Shown in pieces: positions 33,247-41,943 of a stretch of DNA of 64,000 nucleotides. Below the pieces are notes generated by a model. It saw nothing but the letters and a program-made list of their open reading frames with translations, was not told the DNA's origin and searched no databases. Numbering within the stretch: position 1 is the first letter of the stretch; each line of letters begins with the position of its first letter. A program made the position numbers and the translations under genes. The stretch is from an uncultured delta proteobacterium (GTDB taxonomy: Bacteria; Myxococcota; Myxococcia; Myxococcales; Myxococcaceae). Location of the stretch: assembly GCA_963776345.1 (NCBI GenBank), contig CAVZMH010000020.1:44626-108625 (forward strand). The letters are read 5' to 3'.

Positions 33247-33436
33247 CTGGCCGGAACAGGCGAGCGGCAACGCGTCGCTCGCGACTCGAGGGCTGCCGCC
33301 TGGACCGAGTGCGTCTCTCACGCCCCCGGCGTGCAGCGAGCCCGAGTCGTCGCATCATCGCCCGGACGGTGCCCCCCGGGTCGACCGCCTCACCACGTCC
33401 CACGGCCCCGGGGGCTCCGCCGGCCCGGCGACTGGA

Positions 33437-33492
33437 CAGGAAACGTACCTGACTATTCCCACGGAGATGATCAGGTGACTTACCTGACTTTC
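33437..33492. repeat. Degenerate second copy of the AT-rich ACCTG-containing element
   Basis: CAGGAAACGTACCTGACTATTCCC...ATGATCAGGTGACTTACCTGACTTTC aligns with 3421-3471. Three ACCTGA/TCAGGT half-sites. Confidence 0.7.
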
Positions 33493-33519
33493 GAGAGGGT
33501 TCCCCGCGCGCGCCCGGGC

Positions 33520-34179
33520 TCAGACGCCGGTCACCAGGCCCACCGGACAGCTGACGCCGGTGCCGCCGATGCCGCAGTACCCGCCCGGATTCTTGGCCAG
33601 GTACTGCTGGTGGTAGTCCTCGGCGTAGAAGAACTCCGGGGCCTGGCGGATCTCGGTGCTGATGCGGCCGTGCCCGGCGGCGGCGAGGACCTTCTGGTAC
33701 GCCTCCCGGGAGGCCTCCGCGGCCCGGCGCTGCTCCTCGTCGAAGGTGTAGATGGCGCTCCGGTACTGCGTGCCCGCGTCGTTGCCCTGGCGCATGCCCT
33801 GGGTCGGGTCGTGGCCCTCCCAGAAGGCGCGGAGCAGCTTCTCGTAGCTGGTCACCTTCGGGTCGAACACCACCAGCACCACCTCGGCGTGCCCGGTGCG
33901 GCCGGAGCAGACCTCCTTGTAGGTGGGGTTGGGGGTGAGCCCGCCGGCGTAGCCGACCGCGGTCACCGTCACGCCGGGCGCCTGCCAGAAGAGCCGCTCG
34001 GCGCCCCAGAAGCATCCCATCCCGAACAGGGCCTGCTCCTTGCCCGGCCACGGCCCGACCAGTGGCTGGCCGTTGACGAAGTGCCTGTCGGGGACCGGCA
34101 TCCGCGCGCTCCGGCCCGGGAGGGCCTCGGCGGCGGTGGGGAGGGTCAGCTTGGCGGATCTCGACTCGAAGTAGCCCAT
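33520..34179 (-). CDS. msrA: Peptide-methionine (S)-S-oxide reductase MsrA
   Basis: GMGCFWGAE active-site motif. ATG at 34179 is preceded by AAGGTGAG. The ORF extends to a GTG at 34188. Confidence 0.9.
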   Translation of the reverse strand: MGYFESRSAKLTLPTAAEALPGRSARMPVPDRHFVNGQPLVGPWPGKEQALFGMGCFWGAERLFWQAPGVTVTAVGYAGGLTPNPTYKEVCSGRTGHAEVVLVVFDPKVTSYEKLLRAFWEGHDPTQGMRQGNDAGTQYRSAIYTFDEEQRRAAEASREAYQKVLAAAGHGRISTEIRQAPEFFYAEDYHQQYLAKNPGGYCGIGGTGVSCPVGLVTGV

Positions 34180-34244
34180 GACTCTCACCTTCTAAGGCGC
34201 GCCCCCCGGGCGTGCCAGACTCCCCTGCTACGCGAGGTTCCTCG

Positions 34245-34928
34245 ATGAGGTTACGCACGCTCGGTCCCTACCTGATGCTCGTGCCGCCGGCGGTGGCGCT
34301 GATCCTCCTCGCCGACCAGTTCCCGTTGCGGATGCCGGTGCACTGGGACGCCGCCGGCAGGCCGAACGGCTTCTTTCCGCGCACTCCGCTCGCGCTCGCC
34401 TTTCCCCTTCTGCTCCTCGGGGGGATCTTGCTCCTGTTCGACGCCATCGCGGCGAGCAGCGGACGGACGGGGCCGGACTCGGTCGGGGAGGGCGTCCGCC
34501 GGCTCCTCGGGCCGATTCGCTGGGTCCTGGCGCTCATGGCGACGCCCGCCGCATTCGCCCCGCTGTGGGGGCCGACGCCGGTCCTGGTTGGCGCAGCAGC
34601 GCTGGTGGTCGTCGTGGTGGTGCAGATCGCCCGTGCCCCGCGCATCACGCCGGCCAGCGACGATGGATGGCGCGGCGGACTGTTCTACGTGAACGCCGCG
34701 GATCCGCGGCTGCTGGTGCCGAAGCGCTCGGGGTACGGCTGGACCTTCAACTTCGCGCGCCCCCTCGCGTGGGTGTTGCTCGCCGTCCTGATACTCGGGC
34801 CTCTCCTGGTCGTGCTCCTCGTGGGGCTCGGCCGCCTCCCAGCGTTGAAAGCGTTGAAAGCGTTGGGCAGCGGGCTGCGGATCCATCAGCCAGTTGCATC
34901 TGGCGTCGTCGCTCCGGAAACCTGGTAG
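34245..34928 (+). CDS. Integral membrane protein with a DUF1648-like N-terminus
   Basis: [15 protein letters not shown] motif after the first TM. Four or five hydrophobic helices. Confidence 0.65.
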   Translation: MRLRTLGPYLMLVPPAVALILLADQFPLRMPVHWDAAGRPNGFFPRTPLALAFPLLLLGGILLLFDAIAASSGRTGPDSVGEGVRRLLGPIRWVLALMATPAAFAPLWGPTPVLVGAAALVVVVVVQIARAPRITPASDDGWRGGLFYVNAADPRLLVPKRSGYGWTFNFARPLAWVLLAVLILGPLLVVLLVGLGRLPALKALKALGSGLRIHQPVASGVVAPETW

Positions 34929-34954
34929 CCGGAACATTCTCCGGAGGGAGGGCC

Positions 34955-35482
34955 ATGGGCTGGGCAGACGGGCTGGGTCAGGTGCTGCAGAACGTGCTGG
35001 GTGGCAATGCCTCGGAGGCGGACGTCCACGCGGCCTTCGACAAGGTCGCCGGCGCGGCGCCCCACGGGGCGCTCGCCGAGGGGATCAGTCATGTCTTCAA
35101 CTCGGACCAGACACCGCCCTTCGAGCAGATGGTGGGCGGGCTCTTCGGGCAATCCTCGCCGGACCAGAAGGCGGCGCTCCTGAACCAGGTGCTGTCCAGC
35201 CTCGGCCCGGCCGCGAGCCAGGTGCTCGGGGGCGCGGGTGGTCTCGGCGGGCTCGGGGGCCTCGCCAGCGTGCTCCAGGGCGGAGGGACGGTGTCCGCGG
35301 CCCAGGCGCAACAGGTCTCGCCGCAGGTGGTCGAGGGCCTCGCCGCGAAGGCGCGGGAGATCAACCCGGGCATCGTCGACGCGATCTCGGGCTTCTACGC
35401 GAAGAACCCGGCGCTGGTGAAGGCCATCGGCGCCGGCGCGCTGGCGCTGCTGATGTCGAAGCTCTCCAAGGGAGGCCGTTGA
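34955..35482 (+). CDS. Gly/Ala-rich protein of unknown function
   Basis: ATG at 34955 preceded by GGAGGGAGGG. 175 aa. High GC3. Confidence 0.6.
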   Translation: MGWADGLGQVLQNVLGGNASEADVHAAFDKVAGAAPHGALAEGISHVFNSDQTPPFEQMVGGLFGQSSPDQKAALLNQVLSSLGPAASQVLGGAGGLGGLGGLASVLQGGGTVSAAQAQQVSPQVVEGLAAKAREINPGIVDAISGFYAKNPALVKAIGAGALALLMSKLSKGGR

Positions 35483-36465
35483 TGCGCGGCTCGCTGCGTG
35501 CGTCGGTGCTGCTGCTCGCGCTGTCCGTGGTCCTCCCGCGTCTGGCGCTCGCCGACGACGCGGCCGAGGTCACCTGCAAGGACGGGACGAAGAGCAAGGG
35601 CGGGAGCGGTGCATGCAGCGGCCACGGCGGCGTGGACAAGAGCGCCTCGAAGGCCAAGAGCGAGCCGAAGCCCAAGAGCGAGAGCAAGGCTAAGAGCAAG
35701 AGCGAGAAGAGCAAGTCCGCTGCGTCCGCCGAGGCCGCGCCGGCCACGGCGAGCGCCGGCGAGGCCGGCGAGACCGAGGTCACCTGCAAGGACGGGACGA
35801 AGAGCAAGGGCGGGAGCGGCGCGTGCAGCGGCCACGGCGGCGTGGACAAGAGCGCCTCGAAGGCCAAGAGCGAGAAGAGCGAGTCGAAGAGCAAGAGCGC
35901 GTCCTCGTCCAAGTCGAAGAGCATGTCCGCTCCGTCGGCCGAGGCCGCGCCCGGCGCGGCGAGCGCCGGCGAGGGTGGCGAGACCGAGGTCACTTGCAAG
36001 GACGGGACGAAGAGCAGGGGCGGAAGCGGCGCGTGCAGCGGGCACGGCGGCGTGGACAAGTCGGGCGGAGCCGCTGCGTCCACCTCGAAGTCGAAGAGCG
36101 CTCCGGCGGCCGAGGCTGCGGCGCCCGCTGCGGCGAGCGCCGGCGCGGCCGAGGTGACGTGCAAGGACGGCACGAAGAGCAAGGGCGGAAGCGGCGCCTG
36201 CAGCGGGCACGGCGGCGTGGACAAGTCGGGCGGAGCGGCTGCGGCGAGCGCGGCGGCCCCGGCGGCGGCTCCTGCGCCCGCGGCTCCGATAGCTCCGGCA
36301 GCAGTGCCCGCTCCGACGAAGACCACCAGCGCTCCCGCCGAGGAAGGCGGGCCGGCGACGGCGAAGTGCAAGGACGGGACGCTCAGCTACTCCAAGCACC
36401 ACACCGGCACGTGCTCGAACCACGGCGGCGTCGCGGAGTGGCTCGACGGCTCGCAGGCGCACTGA
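35482..36465 (+). CDS. Secreted protein with five tandem DUF3761-type modules separated by K/S/A-rich linkers
   Basis: Signal peptide. Four copies of EVTCKDGTKSKGGSGACSGHGGVDKS plus a C-terminal CKDGTLSYSKHHTGTCSNHGGV. TGATG overlap with the upstream gene. Confidence 0.8.
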   Translation: MRGSLRASVLLLALSVVLPRLALADDAAEVTCKDGTKSKGGSGACSGHGGVDKSASKAKSEPKPKSESKAKSKSEKSKSAASAEAAPATASAGEAGETEVTCKDGTKSKGGSGACSGHGGVDKSASKAKSEKSESKSKSASSSKSKSMSAPSAEAAPGAASAGEGGETEVTCKDGTKSRGGSGACSGHGGVDKSGGAAASTSKSKSAPAAEAAAPAAASAGAAEVTCKDGTKSKGGSGACSGHGGVDKSGGAAAASAAAPAAAPAPAAPIAPAAVPAPTKTTSAPAEEGGPATAKCKDGTLSYSKHHTGTCSNHGGVAEWLDGSQAH

Positions 36466-36500
36466 CCCGGGCTGGCGACGAGCGCCGGCCGACCTGATCG

Positions 36501-36929
36501 CTAGCGAATCGGATCGACGAGTCGGAGGCCGTCGAAGCGCGTGAAGTCGCGGTCGGTGGTGGCGAGCGCGGCGCCGTGCTCGATGGCCAGCGCTGCGAGA
36601 TGGGCATCGGACACCAGAGGTCCACGCGCCTGGCTCGCCGAGAGAAGACCGACCAGGATCTCCCAGTGGCCCGGCCCCGGGCCGGGCACGACGACGCACG
36701 GAACCTCCAGCCAGGAGGAGACGATCTCCGTCGCCTCCGCGATGGAGAGAGGACGGGTCAGGACGCGGGGGTTGGTCGAGATCCGCACGAAGGCCAGGAG
36801 CACCGCCCACGGAAGCCCGACCGGGGCGGAGCCCGAGAATTGCTCCTCGAGCCACGAGCGCGCGCCCCGGTGGCGGCGGGAGGTCGCGTCGTAGGCGTAC
36901 AGGAGGAGATTGGCGTCGACGATCGTCAA
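36501..36929 (-). CDS. vapC: PIN-domain ribonuclease toxin VapC
   Basis: (L/M)TIVDANLLLYAYD...LVSDAHLAALAIEHGAALATTDRDF carries the PIN acidic residues. A TTG at 36929 is a candidate start. Confidence 0.8.
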   Translation of the reverse strand: MTIVDANLLLYAYDATSRRHRGARSWLEEQFSGSAPVGLPWAVLLAFVRISTNPRVLTRPLSIAEATEIVSSWLEVPCVVVPGPGPGHWEILVGLLSASQARGPLVSDAHLAALAIEHGAALATTDRDFTRFDGLRLVDPIR

Positions 36930-37172
36930 CGGTGCGACGGCCCCTCGACCTGCTTCGAGCAGCCCGCCGATGTCGTCGTACTCGAGCCCGGGGCGAAGCC
37001 CGAGGTCCCGCGGCTTCACCCGGAACGGTGCGCGCGTGCCGGTGCGTCGAGCGTTGAGAGCGAAACGCAGGAGCTCGTTGACCACCTGCTTGAACGGACG
37101 TCCCGACTTCCGGGCCTCGCTCTGCACCCGCGCGGCGACGTCCTCCTCGAGCGTGAGCGTCGTCCTTGGCAC
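36926..37172 (-). pseudogene. vapB: RHH antitoxin VapB. A 1-nt insertion near 36953 fuses it in frame to vapC as sequenced
   Basis: PRTTLTLEEDVAARVQSEARKSGRPFKQVVNELLRFAL is a ribbon-helix-helix. The +1 frame after LLE reads QVEGPSHR-stop, and that TGA overlaps the vapC TTG (TTGA). Confidence 0.65.
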
Positions 37173-37178
37173 ATCAAG

Positions 37179-37206
37179 ATGCTATTGAGAGGCATCATGA
37201 TGTCAA
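37179..37206 (-). promoter_or_regulatory. Sigma-70-like promoter of vapBC (TTGACA-16 nt-TAGCAT), probably leaderless
   Basis: Minus-strand TTGACA at 37206-37201 and TAGCAT at 37184-37179. The GTG start at 37172 is only 6 nt past the -10 element. Confidence 0.45.
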
Positions 37207-37496
37207 CGACCCCGCAGCGCGTCGGCGAGCACGGCCGCCTCGTTCGCCCGGAAGCGAGCCTCGGTCCTGAGCGAGGGAGGGGTCCCGGATCGCTCCTCGG
37301 TCCCGGTCCAGAGCGTCCGGCGGCGCTCGCACTCCGCGACGCAGGCCAGCCGCTCCTGCCGGACCGCGGTCCGGAGCGCCGTCTCCAGGCGGTGCGCCAG
37401 GTCCTCGACGCTGGCTCTGCCCAGCGAGGGATGAGCGCGGAGGATGTCCGCGGCGATCATCCCCGCGAGCGCGGTGAGCGAGAATTCCTGCTCCAC
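37203..37496 (-). CDS. Small protein of unknown function
   Basis: GTG at 37496 with GGAAGGAGG 6 nt upstream. High GC3. 97 aa. Confidence 0.6.
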   Translation of the reverse strand: MEQEFSLTALAGMIAADILRAHPSLGRASVEDLAHRLETALRTAVRQERLACVAECERRRTLWTGTEERSGTPPSLRTEARFRANEAAVLADALRGR

Positions 37497-38552
37497 GGCC
37501 TGCCTCCTTCCGGTCCGTGGCCAGCGAGGACGCGCTGGAGCACGGCCTGCATCGCGGCGGACACGCCGAGCGTCTCAATCTCCCCGGCAGTCGCCCAGCG
37601 CGCCCCGTCCGGGGGCTCGAGACGCTCGACCTCGTAGATCTCGAAGCGTGAGCGCGCGGTGGGTCAAGGTCCGCTCCACGCGCCCGAGCGGGCGGAGCGC
37701 CTCGCCCATCTCCGGCCAGCGGGCGCGCAGCGCCTCGACCTCGCTGCCCGGCGCGCACTCGACGCCCGGGAGCTCCCAGAGCCCGCCGAAGAGTCCCGTC
37801 CCGTGACGGCGGACGAGGAGCACCGCCTCGCCCTTCCGCGCCGCCGCCACGGCGAGATGCAGCGCCCGGCGGGCAGTGCGGACCTTCGGCGCGGGGATGT
37901 CCGCCACCCGGCCGGTGGCGAGGGCGACGCAATGGGCCCGCACCGGGCAGAGGAGGCACGTCGGCTGCTCGGGCCGGCACACGGTCGCGCCGAGCTCCAT
38001 CAGCGCCTGGTTCCAGTCGCCCGGGCGCTCGCCCTGGACCAGCGCCTCGGCCAGGGCCCACAGCGCCTTCTCGCGCCCGGCGTCTCCCGTCGCCCCCTCG
38101 ATGCCGAACAGCCGGGCGAGCACCCGCGCCACGTTCCCGTCGACGAGCGGGACCTCGCGCCGGAAGGCGATCGAGGCCACCGCACCCACCGTGTACCGTC
38201 CGAAACCGGGCAGGGCGCGGAGCGCCTCCACGTCGTCGGGGAGCTGGCCCCCGTGTCGCTCGACGACGGCCTGCGCCGCCCGGTGGAGATTGCGCGCCCG
38301 CGCGTAGTAGCCGAGCCCGCGCCACGCGGCGAGCACCTGGTCCAGGCTCGCCCGGGCCAGCGCGCCCACGTCGGGGAAGCGGGCGAGGAACGCGGTCCAG
38401 TACGGAAGCACCACCGAGACCTGGGTCTGCTGGAGCATCACCTCGCTCACCCAGATGCCGTAGGGGTCGCGGGTGCGCCGCCAGGGGAGATCCCGGGCCT
38501 GCGCGTCGTACCAGCCGAGCAGCGCGGAGCGGAGCTCGGTGGGCGCCGGCAC
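37457..38552 (-). pseudogene. mutY: A/G-specific adenine glycosylase MutY, with a frameshift near 37646 as sequenced (the as-read ORF stops at 37575)
   Basis: HhH-GPD region (GLGYYARARNLH, LPGFGRYTVGA) and a 4Fe-4S loop (CRPEQPTCLLCPVRAHC). After THRALTL the frame turns to junk. The +1 frame gives EIYEVERLEPPDGARWATAGEIETLGVSAAMQAVL, a NUDIX-like C-terminal domain. Confidence 0.8.
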
Positions 38553-38633
38553 GCTCGCTCGCCGCGTACGCCGCCCCGGCCTCGTTCGCCCCCCGCTGAC
38601 AGGGGCCCGGGCTACAGTCCTCTTCGAGCCGAG

Positions 38634-39632
38634 ATGGGCCAGAACGTCCTCACGAACGACTTCAGCTGGTCGAAGAGCCGCCACGAGAAGTTCCAGGACT
38701 GCCGGCGGGCCTACTACCTCCATTACTACGGGAGCTGGGGCGGCTGGGAGGACGGCGCGCATCCCGAGCTCCGCCAGCTCTGGGTGCTGAAGAAGCTCGC
38801 CAACCGCTTCAACTGGGCGGGCAGCGTGGTCCATGCGGTCATCAAGGATGCGCTGCTCGACGTCCGCGCCGGGCGGCGGCCGGACGCGGCGCGGGCCATC
38901 GTCCGGGCGCGGGCCGTCATGCGCGAGGACTACAAGCACTCGCGCGCCCGGGCCTACTGGAAGGAGCGCCGCCGGCTCGAGTTCATGGGCCTGATGGAGC
39001 ACGAGTACGGCGAGCCTCTGCCGGACAGCGAGTGGAAGCGGACCTGGGACGGCGTGGAGGCGGCGCTGACCTGGTTCTTCCAGTCGCCGTGGCTCGAGCG
39101 GGCGCGGGCGCTGCAGCCGCAGCAGTGGCTGGAGGTGGACGAGGGCGCCGACCACAGCTGGTTCGAGATGGACGGGGTGAAGATGTTCGCCATCCCGGAC
39201 TTCGCCTTCCGCGACCACGACGGCCACATCACCGTGGTGGACTGGAAGACCGGCGCGCCGCACACCGGCTACGAGGACCAGGTGGTGGGCTACGCGCTGT
39301 ACCTCGCCCACCGGCACCGGGTGGAGCCGCAGCAGATCCGCTGCCGGCTGGTGTTCCTCAACGCCGGGCAGGAGGTCGAGGTCCCGGTCGACGCGCAGAC
39401 CATCGAGCACTTCTCGGTGAAGTTCCGCGAGTCGGTGCAGCGGATGCGCGAGCTCCTGGTCAACGCCGCGGCGAACACCCCGCTCGACGCCGCGCAGTTC
39501 CCGATGACCGAGGAGCTCTCGCAGTGCGCCCGCTGCGCGTTCCGCCGCGCGTGCGGTCGGCAGAGCGTGACCTTCGCCTCGCTCCCGCCGCGGCCGCCGC
39601 AGCCGGAAGAGCCGAGCGTCAGCGCCGCCTAG
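38634..39632 (+). CDS. PD-(D/E)XK nuclease with a Cas4/AddB-type four-cysteine cluster
   Basis: An N-terminal Cys (FQDCRRAYY) plus a C-terminal CARCAFRRAC (CX2CX5C). IPDFAF...VVDWKTG nuclease core. Confidence 0.7.
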   Translation: MGQNVLTNDFSWSKSRHEKFQDCRRAYYLHYYGSWGGWEDGAHPELRQLWVLKKLANRFNWAGSVVHAVIKDALLDVRAGRRPDAARAIVRARAVMREDYKHSRARAYWKERRRLEFMGLMEHEYGEPLPDSEWKRTWDGVEAALTWFFQSPWLERARALQPQQWLEVDEGADHSWFEMDGVKMFAIPDFAFRDHDGHITVVDWKTGAPHTGYEDQVVGYALYLAHRHRVEPQQIRCRLVFLNAGQEVEVPVDAQTIEHFSVKFRESVQRMRELLVNAAANTPLDAAQFPMTEELSQCARCAFRRACGRQSVTFASLPPRPPQPEEPSVSAA

Positions 39633-39633
39633 C

Positions 39634-40497
39634 CTAGCGGCCGTGCGCGATGCGGCGGACCACCACGCCCGCCGCGTTCATCCCGAACACGCTGGTGACA
39701 AAGCCCACGCTGCCGTTCACCTGGGTACGGTGATCGCAGGTGTGGAAGTCGTTCTCGCGGCTCGGGCAGACGCAGAGGAAGCCCTCAGTCGCCGCGTCGT
39801 AGGTGAGGGGGACCGGGGTCCGGGGCGGCTCGACCGAGTAGACGGCGGTGATGCCTGTGCGCCGGTCGGTCTCCAGGCCGTACTTTCGCTTGAGGAGCTT
39901 CCGGACGTCCTTGGCCAGCGGGTCCATGATGGTCTCCGAGAGGTCGTCGACCCGGATGGCGGTGGGGTCGAGCCGGCCGGCGGCGCCCATGCTGCTCACC
40001 ACCGGGAGCCCGAGCTGCACGCAGCGGTGCAGGAGGTGCAGCTTGGCCTTCACGTTGTCGATGGCGTCGACCACGAAGTCCCAGCCGGGCTGGAGCAGCT
40101 GCTCGGAGCTCTCGGCGCGGTAGAACTCGGCGACCGGCTCGACGCTGCAGTCCGGGTTCACCTCGCGGCAACGCTGGGCCATGAGCTCGGCCTTGCTCTT
40201 GCCCACGGTGCGCACCGTCGCGTGCAGCTGGCGGTTGAGGTTGGTGACGCAGACCTCGTCGAAGTCCACGAGCGTGAGGTGTCCCACGCCGCTCCGGACC
40301 AGCCCCTCCACCGCATAGCTGCCGACGCCGCCGAGGCCGAAGACGACGACCCGGGCCCGGGCGAGCCGCTCCATGGCCTCGTCCCCGAGGAGCCGGCCGG
40401 TGCGGTCCCACCGGCGCGAGAGCCGGAAGGCGCGCGCGGTCTCGTCGCCGGGGCGTGGTGCCGGCGGGGTGGAGGGACGGAGCGAGGGAGCGGTCAT
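39634..40497 (-). CDS. tcdA: ThiF/MoeB-family tRNA threonylcarbamoyladenosine dehydratase (TcdA/CsdL-like)
   Basis: VVVFGLGGVGSYAVEGLVRSGVGHLTLVDFD Rossmann motif. TcdA-like C-terminus. Confidence 0.75.
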   Translation of the reverse strand: MTAPSLRPSTPPAPRPGDETARAFRLSRRWDRTGRLLGDEAMERLARARVVVFGLGGVGSYAVEGLVRSGVGHLTLVDFDEVCVTNLNRQLHATVRTVGKSKAELMAQRCREVNPDCSVEPVAEFYRAESSEQLLQPGWDFVVDAIDNVKAKLHLLHRCVQLGLPVVSSMGAAGRLDPTAIRVDDLSETIMDPLAKDVRKLLKRKYGLETDRRTGITAVYSVEPPRTPVPLTYDAATEGFLCVCPSRENDFHTCDHRTQVNGSVGFVTSVFGMNAAGVVVRRIAHGR

Positions 40498-40679
40498 GGG
40501 CGGCCCTTCTCTAGCGCGTCCGGGTCGGCGGTGCGCGGGCCCGTCCCACGGGCCCCCGGGACGGCCCCGGGCGACGACCTGGCGCTCGGGCAGGAGGCGG
40601 TCGGCTCGTCGCCGGGAGCGTCGGTCTGCAGTCGCGGGGGACTGTGGACCTGGCTGGGCGACGGCTCGCGCGGGCGTCC

Positions 40680-41466
40680 TCAGAGACGGAAGGCGGGGAA
40701 CAGTCGCCGGGCATTCTCGGCCACCAGCGCTCCCGTGGCCGCGACGGAGTCCCCGAGGGCCGCCGCGGTCGACTCGACCACCCGGACCAGGAACGCCGGC
40801 TCGTTCCGGCCGCCCCGATGCGGCGCGGGGGCCTGGTCCGGCGCGTCGGTCTCGACCAGCAGCCGGTCGCGGGGGGTGAGCCGGAGCGCCTCGACCGGCT
40901 TCCGCGCCCCGGGCCAGCTCACCGGTCCGGCGAAGCTCAGGTGGCACCCGCGGGCGACGTACGCCGCGACTCGGGCCGGGCCTCCGCTGTAGCTGTGCAG
41001 CACCACGCCGGCCTCGGGCAGCTGCGCGTGGGCGAGCCACTCCTCCAGCGCGGGGTGCGCCCTCTGGCAGTGAAGGAGGAGCGGGAGCCCGTGCTTCCGG
41101 GCGAGCCGTGCGTGTGCCTCGAGCACCCGGACCTGCCGCTCCATCGGAGCCCCGGGGGCGCTGGGCCCGTCGAGCCCGCACTCTCCCACCGCGACCGCAC
41201 CGCCGCTGGCCAGGAGCGCGTCCAGCCGCTCGAGCGCGGGTCCGTCACCTTCCTCGGGCAGCTCGGGCAAGCAGCTGCGGGTGGATGCCGAGTCCGACCT
41301 GGACGCGGCGGTCGCTCCGGGGCAGCGCCAGCAGCGCCTCCCAGGCGTCCGGCCCGATGGCCGGGACCAGGATGCCCTCGACACCTGCCGCCCAGGCGCG
41401 CCCGAGCACCGCCTCGCGGTCCGGGTCGAAGCGGGGGACGTCCAGGTGGCAGTGGGTGTCGATCAG
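40680..41466 (-). pseudogene. tatD: TatD-family metal-dependent hydrolase, with a frameshift near 41260 as sequenced
   Basis: LIDTHCHLD...GLGIHPQLL is in one frame. PELPEEGD...VAVGECGLD...LLLHCQRAH...LVETDAP is in the next frame. The only start candidate before IDTHCH is a CTG at 41466, with GAGG 9 nt upstream. Confidence 0.75.
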
Positions 41467-41513
41467 CCGGCCGGCCCTCGTGGCAGAGCAGCCGACCCTA
41501 GGCCGGCCGGACG

Positions 41514-41723
41514 CTACTGGACCAGGACGATGCGCGCGTGCGCCGCCCGGCCAATCTCCCGGGACGAGAGCAGGCGGGCCACGTCCCTCACCTCGTTGCC
41601 CACCGTGTCGAAGGCGGCGACGATGAGCTCGCCGAGCGTGGTCTGCACCGCCTCCTGGTGCGCCCTTGCCTTCCGCGTCAACCGCTGCAGCCGCGTGCCC
41701 TTCTTCCCCGATGACTTGCGCAT
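41514..41723 (-). CDS. Small basic protein of unknown function
   Basis: ATG at 41723 preceded by GGAGAG. 69 aa. High GC3. Confidence 0.5.
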   Translation of the reverse strand: MRKSSGKKGTRLQRLTRKARAHQEAVQTTLGELIVAAFDTVGNEVRDVARLLSSREIGRAAHARIVLVQ

Positions 41724-41943
41724 GGTCTCTCCGTAATCGCCGGGCCGGTGTCCGGCAGCTGTGTCCAGGCCCCGGAGCGGCCACTGTGCCGTCCAGGGTC
41801 TGACCGGAAGGTGTGTCCTTCGCCGGAGTCCGTGACACCGCGCGTCCGGGACCGGCCTGCAACGGGGCATCCCCGCGTCATCAGGAGCCTCCGAGGAACC
41901 CTCTCCCCGCGAGACGGGGTGGGGTGGTACGCCCTCCCACCAG

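Noticed and set aside
36501-37172. Naturally fused single-chain VapB-VapC toxin-antitoxin
   Set aside because: The +1 frame restores a typical antitoxin C-terminus ending in a TGA that overlaps a TTG start for the PIN domain. Eight other genes in the window show the same kind of single-base lesion. Still reported as a finding because, as sequenced, it is a fusion.
37166-37182. Second TGGCAC sigma-54-like hit (TGGCACATCAAGATGC)
   Set aside because: The spacing to the GC dinucleotide is off by one, and the -12 reads ATGC rather than TTGC. It points antisense into the 97-aa gene. The same bases are better explained as the vapBC -10 and start region on the other strand.
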